A stretch of DNA of 64,000 bases from Vicugna vicugna. Taxonomy: Eukaryota. The notes beneath the pieces were generated by a model. It did not search any database and was not told the DNA's origin. It saw only the letters and a program-made list of their open reading frames with translations. This document shows positions 11,930 to 24,278 of the stretch, one piece after another. Numbering within the stretch: the stretch's first letter is position 1; the number at the start of each line of letters is the position of its first letter. Location: assembly GCA_013265495.1 (NCBI GenBank), contig MU058456.1:496001-560000 (forward strand), read 5' to 3'. The translations under genes were made by a program, and so were the position numbers.

Positions 11930-13330
11930 GTCCATTCTTATTTTTTCCCTCATAGGCATCTTTTTATCTGAGTTACTACAAGTAAGTATTATTTGAATGC
12001 ATTTATAGTTTTGGTTTTATTATATATAGTATATGCTATATTACTTCAATTTATATTACTTGCATTTTTAAGTATTATATATCCCCAGGGATGATGAAAG
12101 AAAGAGGAAGAATACTGAATATGTAAAAATGCATATAATAGAAATCATTTCTTTTTTCCACAGCACATACCATTTCTAAGATCAGTTCCATGTTGCTGTG
12201 TGGACATGGAGTCCATGTAGCTGTGGCCGGGGCTGCATCTACCCTCTTTTACTTGTCACCTTGTCATTGATTGGTACTTAGGTTGCCTCCCGACTGTCCA
12301 GCATTTGTAACCCCACAGAGGCTTGGTGGTCTTTTCCCAGGGCCCTCTTCACATACCATGGAAGCACCTTCAAGCCTTTTTATTTCCTTGCCCATTTCAC
12401 CTTGGGAGAGGTGCCTGCCTTTGTCAGTGAGGCAGGCACTGTCAGGGGCCAGTTTTATCAGAGTGCAGCCTCTTCCAGACACCAGGGAGAGGAGATGACA
12501 CAAACGACATTCCAGTGAGCCTTCCTGTTGATGCTGCGTCATGGATCTGTGAGAGCATTTCCAGGGACCTACACGTGGGAGCAGGAGCGTTGGGTCATGG
12601 AATAATCATATACGCCATTTTTCTTCAACTGTGCCTGAGTGCTCTCTCTAGCGGCCACACCAGGTTCAGTTAGGTGAGATTTTCCCTGTCCCCACATACT
12701 TGTCCACATTTGCTGCCTTCCACCTTCCTGATACCTACCAATCTGATTGGTGTATCGTGGTGACTCCTTGTTCTAGTTAACTTTTCTCTGATTACACATA
12801 CATAATCTGAGCATGCCATCAAATACATTAAAATTTTTTTTATTGATGTGTAGTTGATTTACAATGTTGTGTTATCTTCTGATGTACAGCAGTGATTAAG
12901 TTAGACATATACATATATTCTTTTTCCTTGTAAGTTATTACAGTAGGACCTTGTTGATCTATTCTGTATATAATGTGTGTCTGCTAATCCCAAACACCAA
13001 ATTTATCCCTCCCCCACCCTCCTTTGGTAACCACAAGTTTGTTTTCTTTGTCTGTAAGTCTGTGAATCATTTGCGTCATCAAATACATTTTTATGTCTGT
13101 TTTTCAAATTGTTTGCTCGCAACACTATTTTTCTACTGAAGTTATCTTTCTCTTACTGATTTGTAGACTTTCTGGTATACTGTATTGTAGAAATGAATTA
13201 TTTCTGCAGTTTGATACATTTAAAATGGCATCTGCCTACATTTTCTCAGCTATTTGTTAACTTTGTCCATGTATCCTTTAGACAAAAATTCTAAATTTTG
13301 ATGATACTATAGTCAGTGTTTTGTTTGTTT
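11930..13330 (-). mobile_element. Old L1 (L1ME-like) 3' region
   Basis: TTTCTAAGATCAGTTCCATGTTGCTG, TTGATTGGTACTTAGGTTG, CCAATCTGATTGGTGTATCGTGG, antisense L1 ORF2 end/3'UTR. Confidence 0.65.
12830..13076 (-). mobile_element. Truncated artiodactyl-type L1 3' end with 13-bp TSD
   Basis: TTTTTTATTGATGTGTAGTTGATTTACAATGTTGTG...CCTTTGGTAACCACAAGTTTGTTTTC; TSD CATCAAATACATT at 12817-12829 and 13077-13089. Confidence 0.85.
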
Positions 13331-14149
13331 TTATGATTCCTAGGCCACTAACTTGGCTCATTTCTTTCCTTTTTTCTTTTTTAGTGTTACATTTTTCTAA
13401 AAGTATTTATTGTATCTTCATTTTGAGGAAACATTTTTACTTAGCATCTTAGGAAATCACTGTGCCTCTCTGAGGCATAAATTACTATATTGGAACTCTT
13501 AATAGTCTAGATTTTTAAACTAGAGACAGCAGTTTAAGTTTAACTGAAATAGAAGTTGAAAGATTTACATGGCTTTTGAGCCTTCATCTTTCCTTATCCC
13601 AACAAAGTGGTCATCAATGTGAAATTGTACCTTGCATTTTTATGTTTAGCTAAAAAAAAATGTAAAAACAGCATTACATAGTATAAGGCTTTCGAGATTA
13701 CACAAAATCTGAAAAGTCGTGATATGGAAAATCTATTTCAGCTTTATTTCCCCAGAAAAGAACTTAGATATATAATGTGAAAGTTAAATTTTTTTAAAGC
13801 TGTGTGAAAGTTAAAATTTGATGAGAATATGGCTAGTTGTCGAGTCATAGCATCTGATGTTGCCTTAAAAATAAGAATGAATATATTGCATGGGAATTTT
13901 TAGAGTTTAAGCTTGACTTGGAAGTAAAATGTTGTATTGACCTGTGTGTAATGACTAACTTTTTGAGGGGAGGGGAAAGGTAATAGGTCTAATGAGAGCC
14001 ACTGGCATCCTTTTGATTACTCTATCCAGAGGCCAACCACCTGCTTAATTTGTTGTGAGAGTTTCTGGACCTGGTGGGTAAAGCAGACTTAGCTATTCAA
14101 AGAAAAAACATGGAGATATGAGACTATTTCTTGTAGTGTCTGGAGAGAT

Positions 14150-15870
14150 TACAGAGAAGGGAAAAAATACTTGATTTCTGTTTTGCTTTCTTATTAAAGA
14201 GAATGATAAGATGATTGGAAAGTGTAAGGACAGACCTTGGTAAGAGGGTTTAGAAACCTAAGATGAGTGCAAAGATTGGACAAAGGCACCTTGTGGTCTA
14301 AATGAGCTCCGAGTCTCTGTCGTGGATGTGTTGCATCCCAGGGTGTGAGAAAACACGTATAAGGCATTGCTGAACTTGCTCTGAGATGTCTTTCAGAACT
14401 GGGGAGGGAGATGATGCCGCAGTGAGGGTGGTGTTGTCTAAGTTTGAAAAGGAGTAAGAGGTGGGTGCCATGCTGGTGTGGGTTCTAGGCAGAATTCTAG
14501 ACTGATTAACTGGTGGTGTGGCTGTTATCAGTCCTTGGTTGTGAACAACAGAATCCAACTCTGAGTAACTTAAATGCAAACGGGTCTTATTAGAAGGATA
14601 TTGGATATCTTGATGAGAACATTGGAGAGCCTGTCTCAGAAAATGGCAGATGCCAGGCGAGGCCAGCCTATGCCGAGGGAAAGGGATGTTAGCAAGCTGC
14701 CACTGGGAGCGCTGCTGTCATTCACTGCTACCTACTGGGCTCCTGACTCAGCCACCAGAATGCATTGTGAATTGCCCTGGCTTTTCTGTGCCATTCGCTG
14801 CAGACTCAGAGTCCTAGGTAGGTATATCTGCTTGCTGAGCTTAGGTAAGTTATCCATGCTCTAGCTGCCTGTGTTCTGGGAGACCCTGCAGATATCTAGC
14901 TTCCTTTTTACCTTCTTTAGAAGAAAGTGATGCTCTCACATCCCCACCAAGTCTCCGTCACCGGCAGAGCCCTCAAACGTAGGAAGAGTGTCCAGAAATT
15001 GGAGATCCATCAGGAGTGGTGAATGTTCCCTATGATAGTCATAGTAAAGAGATTGCCACTGGGCACCAGTGTGGTTAACTATGGGCCATTCATAACAGAC
15101 AAGCCTCATCCTTTTTGTGGGGATTCTTTAGTTAGAATGGCACAAAGATGGTTATTCTCAGTTTTAGGGAGGCCTTTCCCACAGACTCTCATATGCAAGG
15201 CACAACTGATGGAACATCTGATCTCAAAGACGGTTGAGTAATAGAAGTGATGCCTTCAGGCATCTTAAGCGGGGAGAGCCTGGGCTCCTTAATGACTTGG
15301 CTGAGAACATCAGGGGATGCTCATCAAATCTGCTTTTGAAGTTAAGCAGGAAGGGAAATACTGAGTGCACTGGAACAAAGAGCTGACTCTAACAGGATGA
15401 AATTGAGTAGGGAGTAAGTATTTCGTCTTGTTTTGATGTTCGGAAAACCGACTGCATATATGTGATGAATAAAGAAGTTACCACTTTACAGCATCACATG
15501 TGGAAATGCCTTGAACATTTCATTTGAAGGGAAGCATTCTACGAGTCAATAGTTTGATGTCTTCTTTTTTAAAAAAAAAAATGAAACAAAACTCCTGAGG
15601 TGATCCTACAGCGTGTTTGTGAAAATAAAGCATCCATCACAAGGCAGGGATTTTCCCTCTACTTTTCTGGCATCAGATGACATAGGAAGTGTTCACTGAT
15701 TCTGGCCACACTCAAGAATGCTGTTTAGCATTTGGTTTTTGGCAGAAAGTGACGGAAATGCAAGGAGATGTAAGAGCATGGCATGTGAGGGGCCGTTAAA
15801 GGGACGAGCGGCTACCCTGGAGACCTGGGAGATGGGGTTGCTATCTACAAGTACAGGCAGGCGAATGGAG
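14150..15870 (+). mobile_element. CR1/L3 LINE relic (RT region), split by an MLT1 LTR
   Basis: Collinear degenerate CR1 motifs: CTAGGCAGAATTCTAGAC (PGKILE), CAGACAAGCCTCATCCTTTTT (QTNLISF), ATGCTCATCAAATCTGC (MLIKFA), AACAGGATGAAATTGAGTAGGG (NRMKFNR), GAGTCAATAGTTTGATG (SQQCD), TTCTGGCCACAC (FWAPH). Confidence 0.75.
14522..15030 (-). mobile_element. ERVL-MaLR solo LTR (MLT1K/L-like) inserted in L3
   Basis: TCAGTCCTTGGTTGTGAACAACAGAATCCAACTCTGAGTAACTTAA...TTATTAGAAGGATATTGG...GCTGAGCTTAGGTAAGTTATCCATGCTCTAGCTGC. Confidence 0.7.
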
Positions 15871-17109
15871 GCAGGGGTGGGTGCTGTGCACCATACAGCA
15901 CGGTGCAGTGGATATCAGTCATGAAGACGGGGGTTTTAACACCAAGAGCTGCACACACCTTGAAGGGATGTGTAGTAAGTTGCGCATTGTTTGTGACCAC
16001 TAATTGTGACCAGCTAGGCTGTGAGGGAGTTTCAAACACCTGACCAGCGTCTTTGCCCACATTCCTCTCACAGGCCTTAAGATTCCCCTGATAGTTGAAA
16101 TCCCCCCACCCCAAGCTTTCCTCACAAGACTACTGAAAAATATTACTATCTGTTCGAGGTTAGTGAAAGACTCAGAATAGCTTTCAGACCTTGGGCTATT
16201 AATGTATCATAAAGCTGGAAGGGAAGGTCTTCTGAAAAAAAAAAAAAAAACTCCACAAGCCGATAAATCTTTGATTGGAAAAGATGGGCTCATAAACCAA
16301 TCAGCAGAGCCCTTGCTGAGAAGGAGGTTTCTTCTTAATTGGCACCAGGCTGCTGTCACACAAGTGGCCCCTCTTCAGGAGGCTTGTGGGTTTTGCATTA
16401 ATGATATTTTACTTTAAACCTATTTTCATCCTTAGGCTGTCAGGACGTTAGAATTGCCTGGCTGATGAAGTAAAATCTAAAGGTAATTGTTATGGGACTT
16501 TAACTTGCCAGAGACCCAGAGCAGTCTCTTCCATACTTTAAAAAAATATAAACAAGTTGCAAAATAATGGTTCTGTCAAGAAAATGACATATTGATTCAT
16601 CATCCGGTATTGGGAATTGGGCCAAAGAGTTCGTTCATAAAGTGTCTCCTCTTGGAATGTCGTTTAGTGGAGGAGCAGCTTTTAGGGGATTTGGTAGGTG
16701 GCATCGATCCCCACGCCCCTCAGTGGACATTTATTGAGTGTGTCTTGCAGCCATTATTGCAGCTGAGAGGAGTTCGAGTGCTTGTACCTAGGATGGAAGT
16801 TAAAAGTTTAAAAAGTAGTGTTTTCAAGGTTTTTGGTCTTGATGATGCAAACCAGTGTACGTGTCTTCTCCAGCCATGGTCTTTATTGAGAGAGATTAGC
16901 ATAAAAGCAGTTAGCTTGCAGCCCGATTTGAAAATTACAGCCTTGTATAGGATCCCCAAGTTATAGTGGCTGGAAATGTGCAGTCACCAGAACCTGCCTT
17001 GTAAAATCTGCACTGATCCCTGGGCTAATTTCACTCCTTGGGCATTTCTCCTACCCTCTCTCTAAACTCTTAGTTTATTGTTCTGGGATAATAAAAGACC
17101 ATCTGAAGG

Positions 17110-17260
17110 TAAACACTGCTGGCTCTCCATCACCTAATGAACTTGTTGAAAATGTAGATTAGTGGTCCCGACCTTATCTGCCTCCCACTTCGTGTGGGAT
17201 GCTCTGGAGGTGGGGCTGGGCATATCCGAGTGTCAAGTCTGATAGTTTGAGAAGCCTCAT
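17110..17260. mobile_element. MER5A-like MITE
   Basis: CATCACCTAATGAACTTGTTGAAAATGTAGATT...GGAGGTGGGGCTGGG...AGTTTGAGAAGC. Confidence 0.6.
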
Positions 17261-17264
17261 TGGG

Positions 17265-17490
17265 GAGAATTGGGAGCGTTGGAAAATGGAAAGCTGGTGA
17301 GTCATGTCCAGGTGAGATTTTAGAAAGGTGACTTGGACGGTGGAGACAGAGGAAGTTGGTGTGGGACTTGCTATGGACAGAATATGGTGATAGTTTGGGG
17401 GATTACAGCTGGGTCGGCGGGGAGGGGCAGATCTGAATCGTGTTTAGGAGGTAGAATTGAGGGATGTAGTGGTAATTGGATATGGCTGAG
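17265..17490 (-). mobile_element. LINE-2 fragment
   Basis: GAGATTTTAGAAAGGTGACT...GTTTAGGAGGTAGAATTGAGGGATGTAGTGGTAATTGGATATGG. Confidence 0.6.
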
Positions 17491-19351
17491 TGGGCAGCTC
17501 CTCTGTTTCTTGTAGAAATTGGGAGTGCCTTGTCTTGTGTTGAGGAAGGTGCTCCAGGATCACTGCTGGGGACAGCCGTGCTGGTGGCAGGCAAGGGCCC
17601 CGAGCAGCTTCCGTGTGTCACGTGCACCAGCTCTGGTTTCCTAACTGATCAGGGAAGCAGGTTAGAAGCCCTGTGTGTAGACCCCACAGAAGAGGGCTCC
17701 TGGTAGATTTTTTTCCTTCTCATTTGCCATAACCTCCTAGCCCTCCTCCTTTGTCATTGCTTAAACTGGAGACACTTGGCAATCCTAGAGCAAACATGCG
17801 TCCAGAGTTAGATCACTCCAGCGACTGTAACGGGATGAGATCTGTGGGCTTCTCAGTGGGATGTGGACTTCCCGGTGTTGGGGAGGCATTAACTCTGCAC
17901 CGTGGAGTGTAGACGCCCTCCCTCCCATGTGCTCTCCAGCAGGAGCTCCGCCGGCCCTGTGCCGGATGGTCACGTGGCTCTCACCTTGATTGATGCCCTT
18001 GGGCTGATGGTGGAGTTCCTCATCCTCTGAAGCCCGTATTCTGAAGCATTAAGCCCAGTGTAGACTTCTTCCTTTATGTTACAGTTGCTATTACTGAAAC
18101 ATTCTTCTTCTTTTACACATATTCACAAAATCCCTGAGTGTAAATTAGGTCCTCCCATCTCCTCCTGGTAACGACTGATCCTATGTACCTTGAGGAAGGA
18201 AGGAGAACCTTACGTCCTTACCAGAGAGCCCAGTTTGGATTGCTTGGATCAGACTGTGGCTTCCTCCTGAAATGGTGCACCTAGATGGGAGGTTGAGCCC
18301 GGGAAAGGCTGGGAATTCACTTGGTGAACCTGGGACCCTTTCATCTTACTATTCCTGGCTCTCCTTTCATGCTGGAAAGAGACACTAAATTGAGGCAGAG
18401 TTCTGTTGGCTTTTTTTTTCTTTTTTTCTATAAGATTCACTGGTTGGTAATTAATTTATCTGGTTGTCTGGGAAGGAAATAAGGGGAGAGCCAGGCAGCG
18501 GTTGCTAAGCCTGTGTCAGTGCTGTCATTCATCGCCCTTCAGGGCCCCTCCTAACCTCATTGACAGTCCCCTCCGTGCCTGCTGCTGGTGCCCCCTCCCT
18601 TAGTAATTAAAGAGGGAACGAGAGTGTCAACTCGGCTCCTCACTGAGCGCTGACACTACCCACAGTTCTTATTTTAGGGCAAGGCCTTTTCCCTCCAGCT
18701 TCTTTAAATCCCCTATTAATTCAGATGCTTTATTTACTGAACAAACAAGCTGTGATTTCACTGAGAATAGCCAAGCAGTGCCACACTTCCGGGGGGAGAA
18801 GAGCTCTTTGCACTGTTCACGCTCATGCTGCAGCAGGAGGGAGGTTTCTCTCCGCCCTGTAGTGTCACCTGCTCCAGCCCCTCAAAAAGGCAATTCTGAT
18901 GTAGAAACAGAATCAAGACTGCAGTGACACCCTGGTGGTTTCGGTGAAAGCTCTTTTCACTGGGAAGATACTGGAGGTGCCTTCTCTGGAGCTGGAACCC
19001 CCTTGACTTAGAGCCTGTGTGTGCATGGGGGCAAGACACTCTGTCTGAGGAGCCCAGGGGCACAGACGGGCCTCCCTGGCTTCTGGGCCAGTTGTTGATC
19101 CTCTTCTGTGTCACCTGCACCTCTGACGTCCCATTCACGGGGTGCATGCCTTTGGCCACAAGAGGGGCCATAGCCGAGGATGTATTCAATTCCACCAGGT
19201 TTTAACAACATGGCACTCCCAAACCCAGTCTGACTTCACCTCTCATACCTCGGCTGATCCCTGCACACCAAAGGTACTAACTGAGAGTTCATGAAGCAAA
19301 AATGTGTTGGGCTACCAGGTTTACTATCATAAGCACTTTGCACGGTCGCTG

Positions 19352-19510
19352 TATTTCAGAGCTAGAGGGGGCCCTTAGAGAGTATTTCCAGTCTCCTCAT
19401 TTAACAGACAAGAAAGATGTCTGGACATATCAAATGATTTGCCCAGGTCCTGAAACTTCTGAGTAACCAGAGGCAGGACTTGAACCCAGGTCTCCAGCTC
19501 TTCTGGAATT
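19352..19510 (-). mobile_element. MIR (MIR3/MIRc-like)
   Basis: CTCATTTAACAGACAAGAAA...GATTTGCCCAGGTC...AGAGGCAGGACTTGAACCCAGGTCTCC. Confidence 0.75.
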
Positions 19511-19539
19511 GCTTCCCCAGCTGCTGGGCAGGGAAGGCA

Positions 19540-19718
19540 GAGTCAGCATTTGGAACCACCTGCCTCAGACCACCTGGGGCCTGCTGAGAAGGCAGATTCC
19601 TGGGCCCCACTCCAGAAGGGCTGCATCAGCATCCAGGAAGGGTGGGTCTCAGCAACCTGCATGTGGAACAGACTTCCTGGGCGACTCTCAACACACAGAT
19701 GTGTGAAAACGGCTGGTG
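19540..19718. mobile_element. MER5A MITE
   Basis: CCTGCCTCAGACCACCTGGGG...GCAGATTCCTGGGCCCCACTCCAGA...CTGCATGTGGAACAG. Confidence 0.75.
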
Positions 19719-20125
19719 GATGTCCTCTGGATTTAACTTCCACTCTGCCCTTCCCTTGTTCAACCGCAAGCTTAATTCTAAACATGCTTCCTTAGGCCTG
19801 ATTGCTTTATATTTCTGCTTTTCATCATAAATGGCATAGCTTGGCTGACAAGGAGATGGCAGGGAAGGTCTGGATGTTTTGGGAATGGACTGTGGTGGTG
19901 ACGGTGCAGCTACCCAATGTCGACTCACCTGTACTTGTCTTCTCCCAAACTGCCTCTTCATTAAGCAACAACAAGAAACTTACCTTCAGTTGTCACTGCT
20001 TTCCTGCACACTGCTTCTCTCACTGCCGTTCTCCTCCCAGCCCTCACACCCTCAGGTAGCTTTACCATCATCATCTCCTCAATTTGGGACCTTTAGGGGG
20101 ATGGGTACAGATGGCTGGAGCATCT

Positions 20126-20164
20126 GTACCCATGATACCTGGGGTACCCATGATAACTGGGGTA
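20126..20164. repeat. 18-bp tandem duplication
   Basis: GTACCCATGATACCTGGG / GTACCCATGATAACTGGG / GTA, one mismatch between units. Confidence 0.9.
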
Positions 20165-20669
20165 GGCAGGAGGACAGGATGGTTGGCGAGTCTAGTGTGT
20201 GTCTGTAGTGTTTTAACTCCTTTCATGTGTCAACAGGTGTCCAAGCTTTCTTTCAGATCATAGAAATACTTGCTGCCTGACCTACGTGAAAGCTTCTGGG
20301 TTGGATGGGTTTCCCGCTACCTCCTGTGGTGAGGCTTCTACCTGCACAGAAGTAAGAAGGCTGCCCCTTAGATCAGGGCCAAGAACAGTCAGAGGTGGAC
20401 CCACACCTGGAGATGGATTTGAATGTGTCAGTCAGACCTGGCCTTAAGTGCTTGGCGCCTAAACTCTGGGGCTTTTGAGGTAAATTTCATCAGCTTTGTC
20501 ATTCATCTGTTATAGTTCTTTAAGCACCGTGATTGCTTGTGAGTGCCCGGAGGGCCACGTGAAGAACCACCGAGACACTACAAGTTCTCACACATGAAAG
20601 CTGCTGTCACTGCTGATGCTGATGGCAGTGAATTGTTTCGAGAGAGAAGCTGAAAATAGAGGTGGATTC

Positions 20670-20860
20670 CTTTTAGTTAGGGCTCTGGAGTCAGACCTGG
20701 TAGGAATTCTAGACCTACTGTTTGACAACATTGCAACTGGGAAAAGAGGACAATGGAGGGGCCTGTCTCTTAGAATTGTTGAATTAGATAATAGGTGATA
20801 GCATTTAGTACAGAGTGTGGCACAGGGGAACAAGGGAATAAATGTGCATTGTTATTACCG
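20670..20860 (+). mobile_element. MIR SINE (internally deleted)
   Basis: GGGCTCTGGAGTCAGACCTGG...AGCATTTAGTACAGAGTGTGGCACAG...AATAAATG. Confidence 0.75.
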
Positions 20861-23454
20861 CCTGAGAGGGAAAGTACCACTGGTTATAACCTACTAATCT
20901 GAAGAGGTGAAGCGGGTGGGGAGACAAGTAATTGTGTGGGCTGAGAAAACCATCTGTTTTTTCCTTCCTCAGTGGCTGACCTTTGAAGAGGTTGTTTGCT
21001 TGTGGTTTTGTACATTGCTCTTTGACTGTTGTCTTGGCTGGTGGTAACAGGGAGCCCTGGATGGAGTGAAAGATGGGAGAGGATTGGTGGGACCTTTGGG
21101 GGAAAGAAGAACCCACTACAGGAGACCCAGCCTCCAGGACACAACTCGGGCAGAAAACAAAAGACCTTGAGTTTTAGAAATGAGTACTCACTCTTTCTCA
21201 TTGATGAGCAGCTACTCCACTGTCCTGAGACACTAGATCCTTTTTCTCCGGGGCCTTGTCAGCATCACTGTGGCTACCATTTATAACCCCTGATTCACCT
21301 GCAGTCCTAGCTGTGGACATCAGTCCTTTGGCATCATGTAGATGGAAGCAGAAGTATCACCAAGATAAGAAGTGGCATTTGGATGGATGCCCCTTTACTG
21401 CTGTTACTCTGGTACTTGGGACCTTTAGATGCTTCCTGCTGGCTGTTTACCACCTGTATTTAAAAGATACATGTTGTGTTGTTAACCAGAGTAACCTAGA
21501 TCTAGTGCCTGACCGGGAGTAGACACCTGTCTTCAAACTGCTCTTACGTGTGCTATCCTGTTTTGAGTTGACCAGCCTTCAGGTTTCCCAGCTAGGATCA
21601 GGGCTGATGGGCCACCTAAAAGAAGGATGTCCTAAAGCTGACTTCGCTGGCACCCCACCACCTCTGGAGCAGATTTCCCTGGTCAGCTGTGCAAACCTAA
21701 CTACCACGTTCCAAGGCCTGCCTTGAGGTCATTAAATGTTCTCGGTCCCCAGAAGATCACCTAAGACTGGGATTCGATTTGCCCCAGGTAAAGCTAGGTT
21801 CCTGGGACACATGATCCTGCTCCCTTCTTTAGCTTTGAGATAAGCAGCGGGTCAAGGTTAAACGTAAACGTCAGCGCCCTCCTTGGCGATGTGAGCTGGT
21901 CTGATGGACCTAAGATGTGGAAACTCGTTTATGTTGACTTGGAATCCAAGCATGCTATTCATGATGAAAAAGAGAGTGGGGTTCAGGGTCTGTGCCAGGA
22001 AGATAGGTATTACACCTTAGGAATTACAGTATGAGCACACAAGTTTAGGAGTTTTTCATCCTCATCTCTTAGTACTTAGAGCAGTGAAGCTTTGTCTGCA
22101 AAGTCTAACATGGCAGCTATATTAAAAGGCCCAGCAGAGTGAGTGGATATTTAAGGGAGATCAGTGGTTCTGTTCCACTCTTAGGACGGAAGCTGAGGCA
22201 GTGTTTGCTCTGCAGAGCCTGTTTCAACATCTTTCCATCCAAATAGGGCACAGATGTGAGTGGCCCTCTTCCTGCCAGGCCAGCCTGCCCACAGCACTTG
22301 ATGGCTGACAGTGAATCTGGAGGAAAGGGAAGGAGTCTGTTTAGCCATTGAGGAAAAATGTAGTCATTTCTTGAATCTTCCAGCTACACTAGGAGCTCTT
22401 TCTCTTCTTTTATATGTTTTGTTCTCAAAGAGCACTAGTTAATAATTCACATGCAGTTACCAATTAAGTAGGAATTTCATTTGAAGCAAGTAGGTTCAAT
22501 TAAATGTGTTTGGAAATCAGGTGCCTAAATAGCTCTGGAAGGAATTTGTTTTATAAGTGTATATATACATAAATAGATACGTTCATATATATTCATATGT
22601 ATATATATGAATGTGAATGTGGGTGCAGGTGCATGTGTCTGTAATATACATAAACATTTGGCTAAAACTCAGGGTTGACAAATTGCCTGAAGGGCTAGTT
22701 GCCAGTCACATGTCTAATTAATCAGGCATAGACAACATGACTGTTGCTTTGTCAGCTACAAGCAGAGGGGCTTTCATTTTCATCCCGGTGTTCCTGAAAG
22801 AATCGGGCTAGACATTTTTGAGGGTTTACAGTAGGTAAGAGGAAAGGTTGTGAAGAGGGTCACCTTGATGGCTTAGCGATGCTGCAGGGAACCAGCATTG
22901 GCTGGTGCTCGGTCAGCAAGCCTGAGCTCTCTCAGGTGGCAGGGCCGCTGTTGTCCTCCAGGAATCTAGTGGTGCTTACAGTGGAACAGTAGGAACTGAT
23001 GGGCTCAGGCATGGGCTTGTGCACTTGGCAAAATAATAGCCCTGCACATGATCAGATGAGTTCCATAGAGATAAGGCAGTAAGTTCTAAAGGATCAGAGG
23101 TGATCCAGCAGAGCTGGAAGCAGGGCCTGGGAAGGAGGAAATAAACTCTTTGTGTGGTTGTTTCTGTAGAGGCAAACATAGTTGCCCACTTGGCTTTTTT
23201 CCTCTCTAGAAAATTTTTTTCCTAAAAGAAATTATTGATAAAATAAGAATGTAGATATGAAAGAAAAAGTGCCCCCAGAATAGTAGTGGTTGAGTTAGGC
23301 GGGTGTTTCACAGAAACGATGAGATGGACCATAGTTCTGTCCTTTGTTTCAGGAACCATGTGCAGGAGAAAGTGTCCATTACTACAAAAAGAAGATGTGT
23401 TTCCTGCTGGAGTTTGCTCTAAAGGAAAGAGTGATGACTGACTGTTTTGGAGGA

Positions 23455-23725
23455 TGGAGGACAGAAATGAGGGCACTAGAATCAGACCACCTGGGTTAAA
23501 ATCTTGGCCCCGACAATAGTTTTGTGACTTAGAGCAGTAGTAACCTCACGTACGCCTTAGTTTCTTGACCAGTAAAATGGAGATAATAACATTCCTTACC
23601 CTCAGAGGGTGGTTATAGGATTAACTGAGTTAATATCTTTAAGTACTTAAACAGTACGTGGCACAATAATCTTCACGGAACGAATGACAGCCATTAGTAG
23701 TTACGACTACTGTTACCGCTGTTAC
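23455..23725 (+). mobile_element. Near full-length MIR SINE
   Basis: CTAGAATCAGACCACCTGGGTTAAAATCTTGGC...GCCTTAGTTTCTTGACCAGTAAAATGGAGATAATAA...AGGATTAACTGAGTTAATA. Confidence 0.85.
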
Positions 23726-24278
23726 TAGGTTTTTATTAGAGCCATGTACACTTTCAGAAGCATACGACAGTTTTATAAAAATGTCTTTTTCTGAGTGAGT
23801 AAACTGAAGATTCATAATGAATTTCTTAATTTGGAGGTTTAAAACTGAGATTAAAAATTGGTCATGGAAGTAAAGCTATTTTAAAAAGATTTCCAGGAAG
23901 GGCTCCTGTTTATCTTTCTCAGCTGTCCCCTGTTAGGACAAAGTTATCCTCTGTTAGCTCCTCTGCCAGGACGGAACTTAAAAGCAGCACGTTTCACAAT
24001 AACAAAATTCCAATTGTGTGCTTCACGTTGGATTGCTTCCTCTTTGGCCCAAGATCATCTCTTCCCCTTGTTTCTTCCCCACTGTCACCCCTACGTTTTA
24101 TGCTCTTTTAAAAAAATTACTTTGGAGGTTCCAATTTCTCTTCCCTCCGTTTCAAACCATCCCCCTTCGCCCCCCGCCCCCCACTCCCACTCCCTGCTTT
24201 GTAAGAGTGTGTGAGCTCTGTGGGCAGGGGTTACAGCATGCAATCTTGGGTGTTGTCAAATACTTAATGTGGTACCTT

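Noticed and set aside
13959..13995. Sequence resembling a vic-1 SINE tail (GGGGAAAGGTAATAGG)
   Set aside because: Too short; no tRNA head and no TSD
16592..16966. 124-aa ORF
   Set aside because: Non-ATG start, no recognisable domain, no flanking splice structure
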